A DNA stretch of 64,000 nucleotides from a virus, in the IMG/VR virus record IMGVR_UViG_3300027917_000034, positions 1 to 64,000 of that record, one strand, 5' to 3'. The translations under genes and the position numbers were made by a program. The notes beneath the pieces were generated by a model, which was given only the letters and a program-made list of their open reading frames with translations, did no database searches and had not been told where the DNA came from. Shown piece after piece: positions 42,280 to 52,385 of the stretch (the stretch's first letter is position 1; every line of letters begins with the position of its first letter).

Positions 42280-43085
42280 TCCGTAGCGCCATTCCAGAGC
42301 AACGGAAGAAGCCCCCACTCACCAAAGACGACTGGATTCGGGTCTCGGGACTGGCGATGCTCTGCGCCCGGGAGGAAGTGCTCGCCTCTCGTCTCGGGGT
42401 CGTGAGAGACGACAACATCGACGCCGATCTCATGCTCATTTTCGAGCACGGGCACGGGCTCCACTGGGACTTGCAGAACCGTGTTCTCCCGCTGACGAAA
42501 ACTCTCCTCGGTCGCTGGCTCTGCGGGGCCTGTGGGACGTACCACGGCGGGGAGGACACGTGGGAGACGCCGATGGCCGGGTTCGAGGAGTCACAGATCC
42601 TTCGCCCCCTCACCTGCCCCAACTGCGGGGCTCCCATGACGTCGGACAACAGCCTCTACCACGAGCAGTGGATCAAAGACCCTCAGTACCGCCTGGCTGG
42701 CCACCCTGACGGCTTTCTGCGCCTGGAAGGCATGCCAGGGCTCGGAGTCCTGGAGGTGAAGTCGATCAGCCCGAGAGGGGCCTACGAGGTCCGCAACTGC
42801 GCGAAGCTGGACCACGTGACGCAGGCGCAGTGCTATATGTGGATGACCGGCTGCCAGTGGGGCAAGGTGCTCTATTGGGACAAGGGCACGGTCGGCATGA
42901 AGGGCCTCATCGAACACACCATCGAGTACGACGAGGACCACGTGGAGGCCATGCAGAACCTCGTGAGGGACATCTGGTCCGGCATCGAGGGCGGCAAGCT
43001 CCCGGAGCGCATCTGTGCCTCTCCGGACTGCAACCGCGCCGACCTGTGCGCCTGCTCCGAGCCGTGCTTCAAAGAGGCTGCGTGA
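42243..43085 (+). CDS. Cas4-like PD-(D/E)XK exonuclease
   Basis: C at the N-terminus, G..LH, GHPDG, LEVKS, Q.Q.YM, and a C-terminal Cys cluster. Confidence 0.82.
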   Translation: MGTEIHGDLKPLIRSAIPEQRKKPPLTKDDWIRVSGLAMLCAREEVLASRLGVVRDDNIDADLMLIFEHGHGLHWDLQNRVLPLTKTLLGRWLCGACGTYHGGEDTWETPMAGFEESQILRPLTCPNCGAPMTSDNSLYHEQWIKDPQYRLAGHPDGFLRLEGMPGLGVLEVKSISPRGAYEVRNCAKLDHVTQAQCYMWMTGCQWGKVLYWDKGTVGMKGLIEHTIEYDEDHVEAMQNLVRDIWSGIEGGKLPERICASPDCNRADLCACSEPCFKEAA

Positions 43086-43522
43086 TGGACGAGCGCCACA
43101 AGGCTATCGTGGACCACCCGGCCTTCCTGCAACCTGTCCCGAAGGCGGTGTTCTTGGAGCCGAGGTTGCTCCGGCCGCTCCCCCAGGCGCTCTGGGGCAT
43201 GTCCTGTTCGCACTGCGACAAGCGGCAGTCGGTCTGGGAGCACTGGCGTCCGGAAGCACCTTCCAACGCGAAGAAGGGCGACCCCATGTGCTCGCTGTGC
43301 TGGCTCTACGAGTCGGCGTGGGGGAAGGAGAGGCGTGAGGACATAGACGGAATGATCCGCGCCGTGGAGGTGCACACGGGCGAGATCTTCCGCAAGATGG
43401 ACGACGGACGGCTCTGGTCATGCCGAGACGCAGATCGTATTCTGGGCGCTATCGCTGTGACGTCCAGGATCATAGCCCAGAGGGCGACGTTGCAGCGGCT
43501 CGGAGGGGGCGGTGGGACGTGA
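43085..43522 (+). CDS. hypothetical protein
   Basis: Coupled ORF with CxxC pairs. Confidence 0.6.
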   Translation: MDERHKAIVDHPAFLQPVPKAVFLEPRLLRPLPQALWGMSCSHCDKRQSVWEHWRPEAPSNAKKGDPMCSLCWLYESAWGKERREDIDGMIRAVEVHTGEIFRKMDDGRLWSCRDADRILGAIAVTSRIIAQRATLQRLGGGGGT

Positions 43523-44072
43523 AGTTTTCATACTCGGGACGGACCCCGGCTTCGCCTCTTTCGGTCTGAGCGTCGTGCAGTTGTCCCCGACGTCCGAGAT
43601 GGTGATGCACACTGACGTCATCCGGACAAAGAAGTCCCCGAAGAAGCTGAATGTGAAGGCCGCCGACGACAACTTTCGGCGGTCTCAGGCCATCTCGGCG
43701 GTGCTCCACGAGACGGTGAAGAAGTGGCAACCCGTGGCCATCACAGCCGAGGCCATGTCGTTCCCTCGCAACGCGAGTGCGGCGGCCAAGGTCGCCATGA
43801 CGTGGGGTATCCTCTCGGACCTCTGCTACATCTACCAATTGCCGATGGTCCAGGCGACCCCGCAGGAGATCAAGAAAACTCTCTGCGGGAACAAGTCGGC
43901 CACCAAGGCGGATATCCAGAAGGTGCTTGAACACCGCTACCCTAACCAATTCCTGCGGTTCACGCAGACCCTCCCGGCCGGGCAGTGGGAGCACGGGTTC
44001 GACGCGGCGGGCTCCGTTGTGACCTGCCTGGACAGCGACGTCATCCGCATGGCAAGAGGGATGGCAGCATGA
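43512..44072 (+). CDS. ruvC: RuvC Holliday-junction resolvase
   Basis: ILGTDPG...FG, catalytic E, 'P.EIKK...G...ATK' and 'H..DA'. Confidence 0.88.
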   Translation: MGREVFILGTDPGFASFGLSVVQLSPTSEMVMHTDVIRTKKSPKKLNVKAADDNFRRSQAISAVLHETVKKWQPVAITAEAMSFPRNASAAAKVAMTWGILSDLCYIYQLPMVQATPQEIKKTLCGNKSATKADIQKVLEHRYPNQFLRFTQTLPAGQWEHGFDAAGSVVTCLDSDVIRMARGMAA

Positions 44073-44380
44073 GGGGTATCAACAGGACGGTCCTCTCTGG
44101 CAACGTGTCCAGGGAGATCAACTACGACAAGATGCCGGATGGCTCGCCCGTCTTGTCGTTCACGATGGCTTCGGATCGTCCAGCGAACGGAACCGTCGTC
44201 ACAGCGTGGGTGAAGGTGAACGTCTACATCGACACCCTGGTCGAGCAGTGCCGGATGCACCTTGGGTGTGGCGGGTACGTCATCGTGGAAGGTGAGTTGA
44301 TGAACCGCGACGGTCGCCACGGAAAACTGACGGAGGTACGGGCGAAGGAAATCATCTTCGTGAAGGAGGGTCGGAAGTGA
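44069..44380 (+). CDS. ssb: bacterial-type SSB OB-fold, lacking the acidic tail
   Basis: 'MRGINRTVLSGN', 'W..V', 'V.VEGEL', 'TEV.A..I.F'. Confidence 0.82.
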   Translation: MRGINRTVLSGNVSREINYDKMPDGSPVLSFTMASDRPANGTVVTAWVKVNVYIDTLVEQCRMHLGCGGYVIVEGELMNRDGRHGKLTEVRAKEIIFVKEGRK

Positions 44381-45246
44381 ATAGTGCCGCAGCAATCGCT
44401 GAGTTGCCGGGCTCGGAGGCGTGGGGAGCGAAGATCCGGAAGCGGGCTCGGAACCTCGTCAAGTCGATCAACCAAGGCTACATGGAATTGGCCGAGATCA
44501 TCCACACGGTCTGGGCCACCCCGATCAACGGCGAAGCCCACAACGCCTGCGTGACGGTGGCGTGGGGCTACGAGAATTATAAGCAATGGGCCGAAGAGGA
44601 GCTTGGACTCCACGTGCGGAAGGCCGAGCGCCTGAAGGCCATCTGGCACCACCTCCATGTTACGCTGGAGGGGAAGCTGGACCGTCGCATCCGGAAGAAG
44701 ATCATCGCTCTCGGCTGGACCAAGGTGCGAGAGTTGATCCGGGTGATCGACGCGGACAACGCGGAGCAGTGGGTGGAAGTGGCAGAGCACCTCAACTACA
44801 ACGAATTGTGCGAGGTCATCCGTCGAGCCCTGGAGGACCAGGAGAAGCAGGAGCAGGCCAAGGCGGTCGGCACTGCGGATGACGACGATGACGATGAGGA
44901 CTTCCGGGGCACCGCGCCGCCCGACGACATGGACCGCTTCAAGGAATTGAGCTTCCTACTCACTCCGGAGCAGAAGGCCAACGTCGAGATGGCCATCGAG
45001 CGCGCGAAGCAACTGGCAAACTCCGAGAAGCGTGGGCACTGCCTGGACCTCATCTGCACCGACTTCCTCTCGACCAACGACTTCCGCAAGGCTGACGACC
45101 CGACGACCCCGCTACGCTTCCTGGCGAAATTCGAGCGCCTCATGGGCAAGCGGCTCGTCGTCATCGACGCGACGACGTGGGTGATCGAATATGGCATGGA
45201 CGCCCTGTCGAAAGCCGCCGAGGCGCTGGAGGCGAACGATGAGTGA
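44377..45246 (+). CDS. hypothetical protein
   Basis: 289-aa coupled ORF. Confidence 0.7.
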   Translation: MNSAAAIAELPGSEAWGAKIRKRARNLVKSINQGYMELAEIIHTVWATPINGEAHNACVTVAWGYENYKQWAEEELGLHVRKAERLKAIWHHLHVTLEGKLDRRIRKKIIALGWTKVRELIRVIDADNAEQWVEVAEHLNYNELCEVIRRALEDQEKQEQAKAVGTADDDDDDEDFRGTAPPDDMDRFKELSFLLTPEQKANVEMAIERAKQLANSEKRGHCLDLICTDFLSTNDFRKADDPTTPLRFLAKFERLMGKRLVVIDATTWVIEYGMDALSKAAEALEANDE

Positions 45247-45477
45247 CCTGAGCATGACCCTTCCGATCACACCGGACAACCTGCACACCGAATTGGAGCA
45301 CGTCGAGGCCATCGTGAGGAAGTGGCGCGAATTCATCGGCAACAAGGGTATCCCCGGGATCGACGCCCCGGCCCAAGATGCCGAGGCGAAGCTGGACGCC
45401 TTCATTCGGCAATTCACGGGCGAGATGTTCTACGTCGCCGGCAAGTGCCAGAACGTCGCCGTGGTGATGTCCGAGCG

Positions 45478-46284
45478 ATGACGAAGAAGAAGGCCAGGAC
45501 CAAGTTGGAGAGGCTGTCTCCGACTCTCATGGACCCGAATCCATGGAACCCAAACACCATGGACCAGGACGACTACGATCGTCTCGTGAAGGAGATTGAT
45601 GAGGTCGGATTCATAGAGGCTGTCCAAGTCATCCCTCTCGAAGACGGACGGTACAGGATCATAGGGGGAGAGCATCGGGTGGCAGCGGCATGCGACCTGC
45701 GCCTGAAGACGATCCCGGCCATGGTGCTGGACGGGCCGCGCTGGAAGGACGAGGAGCTACAACAGCTTGTCACGGTCCGTCTGAATGTCCTGTCCGGGCG
45801 TATCAACCCAGAGAAGATGGCGATCCTCTACAACCGCTACGCGAAGAAGTACGGTGAGGACGCCCTTCAAAACCTGTTCGCGTTCACCAATCAGGATGCG
45901 TGGAAGAAGCTGGTCAGCGGGGTCAAGCAAGGGCTCTCCAAGGCCGCCATCCCGAAGGAGAAGCAGCAAGAGTTTGCCGACAAGGCGAAGGAAGCCAAGA
46001 CCCTCAAAGACCTCGAACGAATCCTGAACGAGCTATGGTCCAGCTACGGCGACACGGTGCAACTCTCGTTCATGATCTTCACCTACGGCAAGAGGGAGCA
46101 CTTCTACGTGGCCATGGACAGCAAGACCCGCAAGGCCGTCAAGCGCATCGGGGAGCACTGCAAGGGCCACGCGAAGGATATCAACACCGTCCTCGGGCCG
46201 GCTCTCCAGGCCCTCGCAGACGTCCTCGACAAAGAGGACAAGCCCACCAAGCAAGCGCCCCGTCAAGATGACGTTGGCTTCTGA
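45478..46284 (+). CDS. ParB/Srx N-terminal domain protein
   Basis: 'PNPWNPN.M......L...I...GF', 'IIGGEHR'. Confidence 0.85.
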   Translation: MTKKKARTKLERLSPTLMDPNPWNPNTMDQDDYDRLVKEIDEVGFIEAVQVIPLEDGRYRIIGGEHRVAAACDLRLKTIPAMVLDGPRWKDEELQQLVTVRLNVLSGRINPEKMAILYNRYAKKYGEDALQNLFAFTNQDAWKKLVSGVKQGLSKAAIPKEKQQEFADKAKEAKTLKDLERILNELWSSYGDTVQLSFMIFTYGKREHFYVAMDSKTRKAVKRIGEHCKGHAKDINTVLGPALQALADVLDKEDKPTKQAPRQDDVGF

Positions 46285-46333
46285 CCTGTGGTACTCATAG
46301 ACTCGACCGAGAGATCGGTAGAGGTAGGGAACC

Positions 46334-49300
46334 ATGGGCATGATGAGCGCGACCGTTCCGACCGAGGCTCGGCCCTCCCTCATGGAGGCGAAAGGGCAGC
46401 CGAACCCGGAGAATTTCGTGCCGGTGTTCGATTGGGACGCCAAGCGGGTGTGGGTGTGGGTGAAGAAGGCTGGTGGGAAGGTCATCGGCCCGACAGAGAT
46501 CCCCCACTCTCAGGTCAAGAAGTACAAGGGAAAGCTCGGCTGGATCGCGAAGAAGGTCCAGATCATCGCGCTCCTCGACCCCTCCACCTACGACGACCCG
46601 GCCTACCTCTACCCGCCGACCTGGAAGCCGGGTGACTCGCTGGACCCAGAACAGTCCCTCGGGAAGCCGATCAAGGCGAAGTTTGAACCCTTCAAGATCG
46701 AGCCCGCAAAGCCGGCGCCGATGGAGCCCCCGGAAGGGTTCGAGCTACCACCCAACTACACGATCAAGAACGTCACCCCGTCCCACGTGATAGCCACCAC
46801 CCCGGAAGGGACGGACGTGAAGTGGATCAAGGTCACGGACCATTGGGTCCACGCGGACGACCCGACCAAGGACCACGAGCCACTCCAGGCTTCCGTTCCG
46901 AAGAAGGCCAAGCCGAAGGCCAAGGCCAAGCCGAAGAAGAAGCCGGCCAAGTCAACCGCAGCGGCGGCGAAGGCGGCGAAGGCTGCGGCCACGGGAACGG
47001 AAGCACCTTCCACACCGAAGGCGAAACCATCCACCGGGAAGCCGAAGGGAAAGAAGGTCGTCTCGAAAGACCCGGAGAAGGCCCCGCACCTGACCAAGTA
47101 CATCGGCCAGGTAGACCCGAACGGGCTACCCCTGGTGGACGAGCAGCCGGAGGGAGATTTCGAGGAAGAGGAAGCGGCCAAGGGGCTGACGCTCCTGCCA
47201 GACGATCGCGTGGCCAGGTGGCGCCCCAAGCACGGGTACTACCTCATCTACGACTACGACCCGCACTACGGATTCATGTTCTCCAAGAGCGGGGAGATGG
47301 TCTACCCCGAAGACGCCAAGCAACTCATGGACGCCCTACACCTGACGGTGAAGAATGGGCGCTACCACAAGTACGACGTGGCCGGAGACGAGAAGGAGCA
47401 GCCCGGCACGTACTCCGCCCCGCTTCCGCCGAATTGCGAGCCCATCGAGGACAAGGACACGAACGGGCTCCCGATGGTGAAGTCGATCCCGTCCGACGAG
47501 TGGGACGACCCGCAAGTCCTGACCCTGCTCCCGAACAGCCGGCTCGGTCGTTGGGATGAGGTCGCGGAGAAGTACCTCTATTTCGAGTGGCGGGACATCC
47601 TGGGGGACTACAACTACTACCCGACGCAGCCTGAGCAATTCGTGGGCCTCAAAGAGGTCCAGAAGATGCAAGCTCAGGGGGCTGCCCCAGCCGTCACCCC
47701 GAAGGCCCCGCCTCCCACCAAGCCGAAGGGCAAGCCGGCGCCGGTCCCTTCAAAGGCGACGACAGCACCGATCCCGGCGAAGAAGCCGGCCTCCCCGCCC
47801 GTGCTCGCGGGCCAGTTGAAGCCCACCGGGGACAAAGACCCGAAGGGGTACGACATCGGCTCCTACAAGGGCAACACCTACTCCATGCTGCCGGACAAGA
47901 AGGTCGGCGTGTGGTCGGCCTCGAACGGGGGCTACATCCTCTACAAGTACGAACCTGTTGGGGATGCGTTCTACAACACTGCGACGGTGTGGACGCCTCC
48001 AGGCCACCACAAGGCGCTCTCCTACGTGCCCATAAGCGGTGTGGATCACGCCCAACTGTCGGACAGCGAGGGAACGGACGTTGTTGTCCTCTCGAACGGG
48101 AAGTTTGCTCGCTACGAGAAGGGCGGCTGGTGGGCCTACAAGGTGGACCCGACGCAGGGCAAGAAATTCGTTCCGACAGGCGAAGAGATCGACACGGACA
48201 CAATGATCGATCTCTCCGAAGACCCTGCTTACAACACGCTCAGTCCGGCTGGCACTGTCGATGAGAACAGCCTCCCGCAGTACAAGGTCACGAGCGGCGC
48301 ATCGAAGGGCAAGGTCTTCACGATGCTCCCCAATGGGGAGATGGCCCACTACAACCCGAAGTCCAAATTCTACCGGCTCATGACGTTCGACCCGGACATC
48401 CAAGGGTGGGAAATCTCCTGGCCGAAGGAGACGTTCACTCTCCAGGATATCGACGCCATGTACCTGAAGGCGGGGGCCACGCCGATCAAACACCCGGAGG
48501 CCCCACCGAAGGCCAAGCCGAAGACGGCCCCGAAGTCCAAGCCGGACACCGGACCTGAGCCGGAGCCGGCGTTCGTCACTCCAGAGGGCACGCTCCCGGA
48601 CCCGAACACCTTGGACGACATGGGTGCCAAGGGCCTGAAGGGCACGACCCCGGGCCGGACGGTCCTGCAAGACCCGAAGACGGGCCAGCGGTACCTGTTC
48701 AAGCCGGCGATCCAGAAATTCGGAGCCGGCAAGTTGCAGCCGTACAAGGCGAAGTCGCAGGAAGGGTTCGCCGCCATCGCGGCCATCGCCCGCCCGGACG
48801 CCCACGTGCCCGTCGAGACGGTGGAGTACAAGGGTCAACTCGGGACGATCCAGCCCATGATGGACGTGGACCCGAACCAGCCAGATCTGAATGGCGTCTC
48901 TCCGAACGACCTCACCGATCAGCAGAAGGTGGACATCGCCTCGGAGCACATGCTCGACTGGCTCATGTCGCAGCACGATTCCTTCGCGTCAAACTTCATC
49001 ATCACCAAGGAAGGGCGCGTCGTCGGCATCGACAAGGAACAGGGCTGGCGATACGTCAACGACAAAGAGCACCCTGATCGGCTGGCGACGGACTACAAGC
49101 CGAACACGGAGATCTACGGCGAGCAGGAGCCGTACTACAACAAATTCTGGCGGGCGTTCGCGCAGGGGAAGATGGACTTCAACCCCGAGCAGATGGCCCC
49201 AGCGCTGGCGAAGCTGGAGGCCATGGACGCGACTAAGCTGGAAGGTGTGCTGGAGGACTACGCGGCCACCGTCACGCGCATGAAGGGGCCGGCGAAGGCA

Positions 49301-51157
49301 TACGAGCGCTACGCATTCGTGAAGCAGATGCTCTCCCGCCGCGCCACGCTCCGCGCGGATTTCGAGAAATTCATCACGCGCCAGTACGAGAAGCGGGAGG
49401 GGACTCCTGGGAAATTCACGTTCGACCAGGGGTGGATTCCGGAGGGAGCGGAGGCACGGGAGAAGACCCACGAGACCTTGACGCTCACGGCTCGCGATTG
49501 GGCGCTCCGGGAGTTTGGATCTTCGGCACTGAAGCCGCACAAGGACTACCCCGAGTACATCCTCGTCCGGGTGACGCGCGACGAGCCCGTCACCAAGGTC
49601 CAGGAATTTCTCGCCAAGATGGGCGTGGAGCCGGTGCAGACGGCTCCCGGTGGAGGCCCGCTGCCGACCACGAACCCAATCATGGGTACCAACTACAACA
49701 GCGTCATCGTGCGTGTGTCGGACCTCGAAAAGACGGTCACGCGCAAGGTGGAGATCAAGCAAGAGAAGGGGCAGAAATTCGCGAACCACAAGGGCGCCCC
49801 GACCTACTTCTCGGCCGCGCTCGCTCCGCCGGCTGCTCCTGGGGACGTCAAGGCGTTGGCCACGGCGCACACGGAGAAGCTGGGCTCCCTCGGCAAGAAT
49901 TTCACCCTGGACGCCGACGCTGTGGAGCAGCAGACGGCCTCGGTCCAGCGGGTCATCTCTCCGGAGGGGGAGACCTACTACACCGTCCATTTCAAGCTCC
50001 GCAAGCCCTACTGGAAGCCGCTCATGAACGCGGGCAAGTCCGGGGCGTACACGTGGCCCCTCGGAGCCTACGACGAGACGCAGGACGCCCTCGTCGCGTC
50101 GTCCTACCAGGGCGGCGCTCACTCGGAGTCGGGGCGAGTGTTCACGTCCGGCAAGCACAAGATGGTCATCCTCGGGGACTCCTCTCAGTGGGCATTCCGT
50201 GGTTCCGTCTACGCGGACATCCACGTCAAGGGGAGCACCAGCGTTCTGTCGGCTCTGACGACGCTCATGAAGATGGCCGGGCTGGACAAGAAGGTGATCA
50301 AAGATCCGACGCCCGAGGACATCGAAGTTTACAACATGACCCAGGCGCTCTGGTCGCTGTCCCCGAAGAAGCACAAGGCCCTGACCGATAGCGACTTGAA
50401 CGTGGAGACGCTGCGGAAGAAGCTGAAAGGCGTCCTCACCAAGGATCAGATCGCGTCCATCCGGCAGGTCAAGGGCACGGTCGGACGCGGTGCTCCGATC
50501 ATTCCGGGGCTGTGGAAGACCCTCGGCGGCGGGACACCGGACAAGCCGGTCGTTCGCTTCCTCTTCTGGACGGTCAACACGACGAGCCCGGCGCGGATTA
50601 TCAAGTCGGCTGCTACGGGCATCCATGAGCGTCTGCGCCTCGGCGTCGGCGTCGGCAAGGGCACCTCGGAGTCGTCAGACATGGCGTCCGGCGGCGCAGA
50701 CGCGACGACGGTGCGGATCGCCACGGTCGGCGGCAAGCATCATGGAGTCAGCAACGTCGGGAGCGTGAGCCGTCCAGTCAAACTCATCATCGCCCCGGAG
50801 ATCCTGGACAGGCTGGACATCCACATCGCCAGCAATGACTCCTACGGGTGCACGAACCCGAACAACTCGAACGCTTCCTACTTCACCGGGCGCAAGGGCC
50901 TGAGCCAGGCGGTGAAGCACTTCAACGATCAGGGCAACTACGGAGGGAGCACGGAGGTCGTCATCCGTCGCGGGGTTCCGCCGGAGATGATCAAGCGTAT
51001 CTGCTGCTCGAACGAGAGCGACCGGAAAGACATTCTGGAGCGCATGGAGAAGGCCGGCGTGACGGAGTGGAACGGCTGCCCCATCGAGGATTTCGTCGTG
51101 GTGGAGAACAACCAGGATGCAATCTATAATAAGTACCTGAAGCCGCTGGGGTACTGA
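46334..51157 (+). CDS. 1607-aa multidomain protein: repeated modules, PI3/PI4-kinase/HipA-like domain, and putative ADP-ribosyltransferase-like C-terminus
   Basis: 'YLFKP', 'LDWLMSQHDSFASNF', 'GIDKEQ'; C-terminal 'SSDMASGGAD...TEVVIRRGVP'. Confidence 0.7.
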   Translation: MGMMSATVPTEARPSLMEAKGQPNPENFVPVFDWDAKRVWVWVKKAGGKVIGPTEIPHSQVKKYKGKLGWIAKKVQIIALLDPSTYDDPAYLYPPTWKPGDSLDPEQSLGKPIKAKFEPFKIEPAKPAPMEPPEGFELPPNYTIKNVTPSHVIATTPEGTDVKWIKVTDHWVHADDPTKDHEPLQASVPKKAKPKAKAKPKKKPAKSTAAAAKAAKAAATGTEAPSTPKAKPSTGKPKGKKVVSKDPEKAPHLTKYIGQVDPNGLPLVDEQPEGDFEEEEAAKGLTLLPDDRVARWRPKHGYYLIYDYDPHYGFMFSKSGEMVYPEDAKQLMDALHLTVKNGRYHKYDVAGDEKEQPGTYSAPLPPNCEPIEDKDTNGLPMVKSIPSDEWDDPQVLTLLPNSRLGRWDEVAEKYLYFEWRDILGDYNYYPTQPEQFVGLKEVQKMQAQGAAPAVTPKAPPPTKPKGKPAPVPSKATTAPIPAKKPASPPVLAGQLKPTGDKDPKGYDIGSYKGNTYSMLPDKKVGVWSASNGGYILYKYEPVGDAFYNTATVWTPPGHHKALSYVPISGVDHAQLSDSEGTDVVVLSNGKFARYEKGGWWAYKVDPTQGKKFVPTGEEIDTDTMIDLSEDPAYNTLSPAGTVDENSLPQYKVTSGASKGKVFTMLPNGEMAHYNPKSKFYRLMTFDPDIQGWEISWPKETFTLQDIDAMYLKAGATPIKHPEAPPKAKPKTAPKSKPDTGPEPEPAFVTPEGTLPDPNTLDDMGAKGLKGTTPGRTVLQDPKTGQRYLFKPAIQKFGAGKLQPYKAKSQEGFAAIAAIARPDAHVPVETVEYKGQLGTIQPMMDVDPNQPDLNGVSPNDLTDQQKVDIASEHMLDWLMSQHDSFASNFIITKEGRVVGIDKEQGWRYVNDKEHPDRLATDYKPNTEIYGEQEPYYNKFWRAFAQGKMDFNPEQMAPALAKLEAMDATKLEGVLEDYAATVTRMKGPAKAYERYAFVKQMLSRRATLRADFEKFITRQYEKREGTPGKFTFDQGWIPEGAEAREKTHETLTLTARDWALREFGSSALKPHKDYPEYILVRVTRDEPVTKVQEFLAKMGVEPVQTAPGGGPLPTTNPIMGTNYNSVIVRVSDLEKTVTRKVEIKQEKGQKFANHKGAPTYFSAALAPPAAPGDVKALATAHTEKLGSLGKNFTLDADAVEQQTASVQRVISPEGETYYTVHFKLRKPYWKPLMNAGKSGAYTWPLGAYDETQDALVASSYQGGAHSESGRVFTSGKHKMVILGDSSQWAFRGSVYADIHVKGSTSVLSALTTLMKMAGLDKKVIKDPTPEDIEVYNMTQALWSLSPKKHKALTDSDLNVETLRKKLKGVLTKDQIASIRQVKGTVGRGAPIIPGLWKTLGGGTPDKPVVRFLFWTVNTTSPARIIKSAATGIHERLRLGVGVGKGTSESSDMASGGADATTVRIATVGGKHHGVSNVGSVSRPVKLIIAPEILDRLDIHIASNDSYGCTNPNNSNASYFTGRKGLSQAVKHFNDQGNYGGSTEVVIRRGVPPEMIKRICCSNESDRKDILERMEKAGVTEWNGCPIEDFVVVENNQDAIYNKYLKPLGY

Positions 51158-51158
51158 G

Positions 51159-51581
51159 ATGGGAATTCCGTTCGAGAGAGTCTACAGGTCAAAGCGGGAT
51201 GGAGACCCGCACTGGTCCATCGTCATGGGCTTGACGCCACTGCCCGGCAGGAAGGGCGTGTGGATGTGGAGGGCGAGCGAGACTCACCCCGAGATCGCCC
51301 TTCGCGGGGAGGTGTTCGAGGGTGAGGACGGCAAACTCGTCCTCGTCGGTCCCGATGGACGCCACACGTTCGAGCCCCTCACGATCGAGACGTGGGAAGA
51401 CATGCGCGATGACGTGGGAGGGTTCGAGGAAATCCGGAAGGCGATCAACACCGACACCTTCCTCCAGTCCTGGTATTGGGACGAATTCGCGCACGACGGG
51501 GCAGGCAATGAGATAGGCCAGGCCGAAGTGCTCGCCCGGCTGACAGAGCGCGAACGTCCCGACGAGCGCGCCGAATCGTGA
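51159..51581 (+). CDS. hypothetical acidic protein
   Basis: Directly coupled to the giant gene. Confidence 0.65.
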   Translation: MGIPFERVYRSKRDGDPHWSIVMGLTPLPGRKGVWMWRASETHPEIALRGEVFEGEDGKLVLVGPDGRHTFEPLTIETWEDMRDDVGGFEEIRKAINTDTFLQSWYWDEFAHDGAGNEIGQAEVLARLTERERPDERAES

Positions 51582-51908
51582 CCCGCACGCTGATCGTCAT
51601 CGTTCCTTCCACGCGCGTCCCGGCGTCGGAGTTTGTGACCATCCTGTCTGCCAACGGCATCGACACTATCAGCCTCGGCACGGGGACTGCGAAGGTACGG
51701 ACAGCGCAGGGCCGTGAGAACAGGGTTGCGGGCGCGCTCGTAGCTGCTATCCTGTCGGCCGATCTGAGGCGTGCCAGAGCGCACGCGAAGCTGTGCGGTG
51801 TGCATCTCTCGACCCTCGAAATAAACGGGTGCCCTTCAAGAGCAAACGTGGTATAGTCCCCCCATGGATGTTGGGAGTGATCGCTCCCATGGATAAGGAG
51901 ATCGGACG

Positions 51909-52379
51909 ATGGCAAACGAGACGTCCCAAGTCGCAGGTGTGGCCGAAGCCGTGAAGAAGGCGAAGGGGAAGCCGGCGAAGAAGCGCAGCAAGGCCAAGGC
52001 GAAGCCCCCGAAGGCGACCAAGGCGCGGAAGAAGAAGGGCGCCACCCCCAGGAAGAAGGCCCCGAAGATGACCTCCGAGAAGACAGCCCCGACGAGCGGG
52101 CAGAGCGGGCCGCCCATAGAGCTTTCCGTGGAGGGCCTCAACACGAAAGAGGCCAAGATCTTCTCCGCGCTCAATGGCTCGGGCTCCGGCGTTCGGACGA
52201 TCATGACGATCACCGAATTGGCGGCGGAGTGCTTCAAGTCGCGCGGGAAGAAGCAGGCCAACTCGTGGACGCGGAATTCGCTTCGGCGCCTCGTGCAGTC
52301 TGGCCTCGTGGAGAAGGTGGAGCGCGGCAAGTACCGCGTGTCGGACGCCGGCCGGAAGAAGCTGGCCCGCGCCGCGTAG
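51909..52379 (+). CDS. Lys/Ala-rich histone-like protein with winged HTH
   Basis: AKKK-rich N-terminus; 'ITELA...RNSLRRLV..GLVEKVERGKY'. Confidence 0.75.
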   Translation: MANETSQVAGVAEAVKKAKGKPAKKRSKAKAKPPKATKARKKKGATPRKKAPKMTSEKTAPTSGQSGPPIELSVEGLNTKEAKIFSALNGSGSGVRTIMTITELAAECFKSRGKKQANSWTRNSLRRLVQSGLVEKVERGKYRVSDAGRKKLARAA

Positions 52380-52385
52380 TCCCAC

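Noticed and set aside
42243-43085. Cas4-like nuclease as evidence of a CRISPR-Cas system
   Set aside because: It is a solo Cas4-like exonuclease in a recombination block; no cas1/cas2 or repeat-spacer array was seen.
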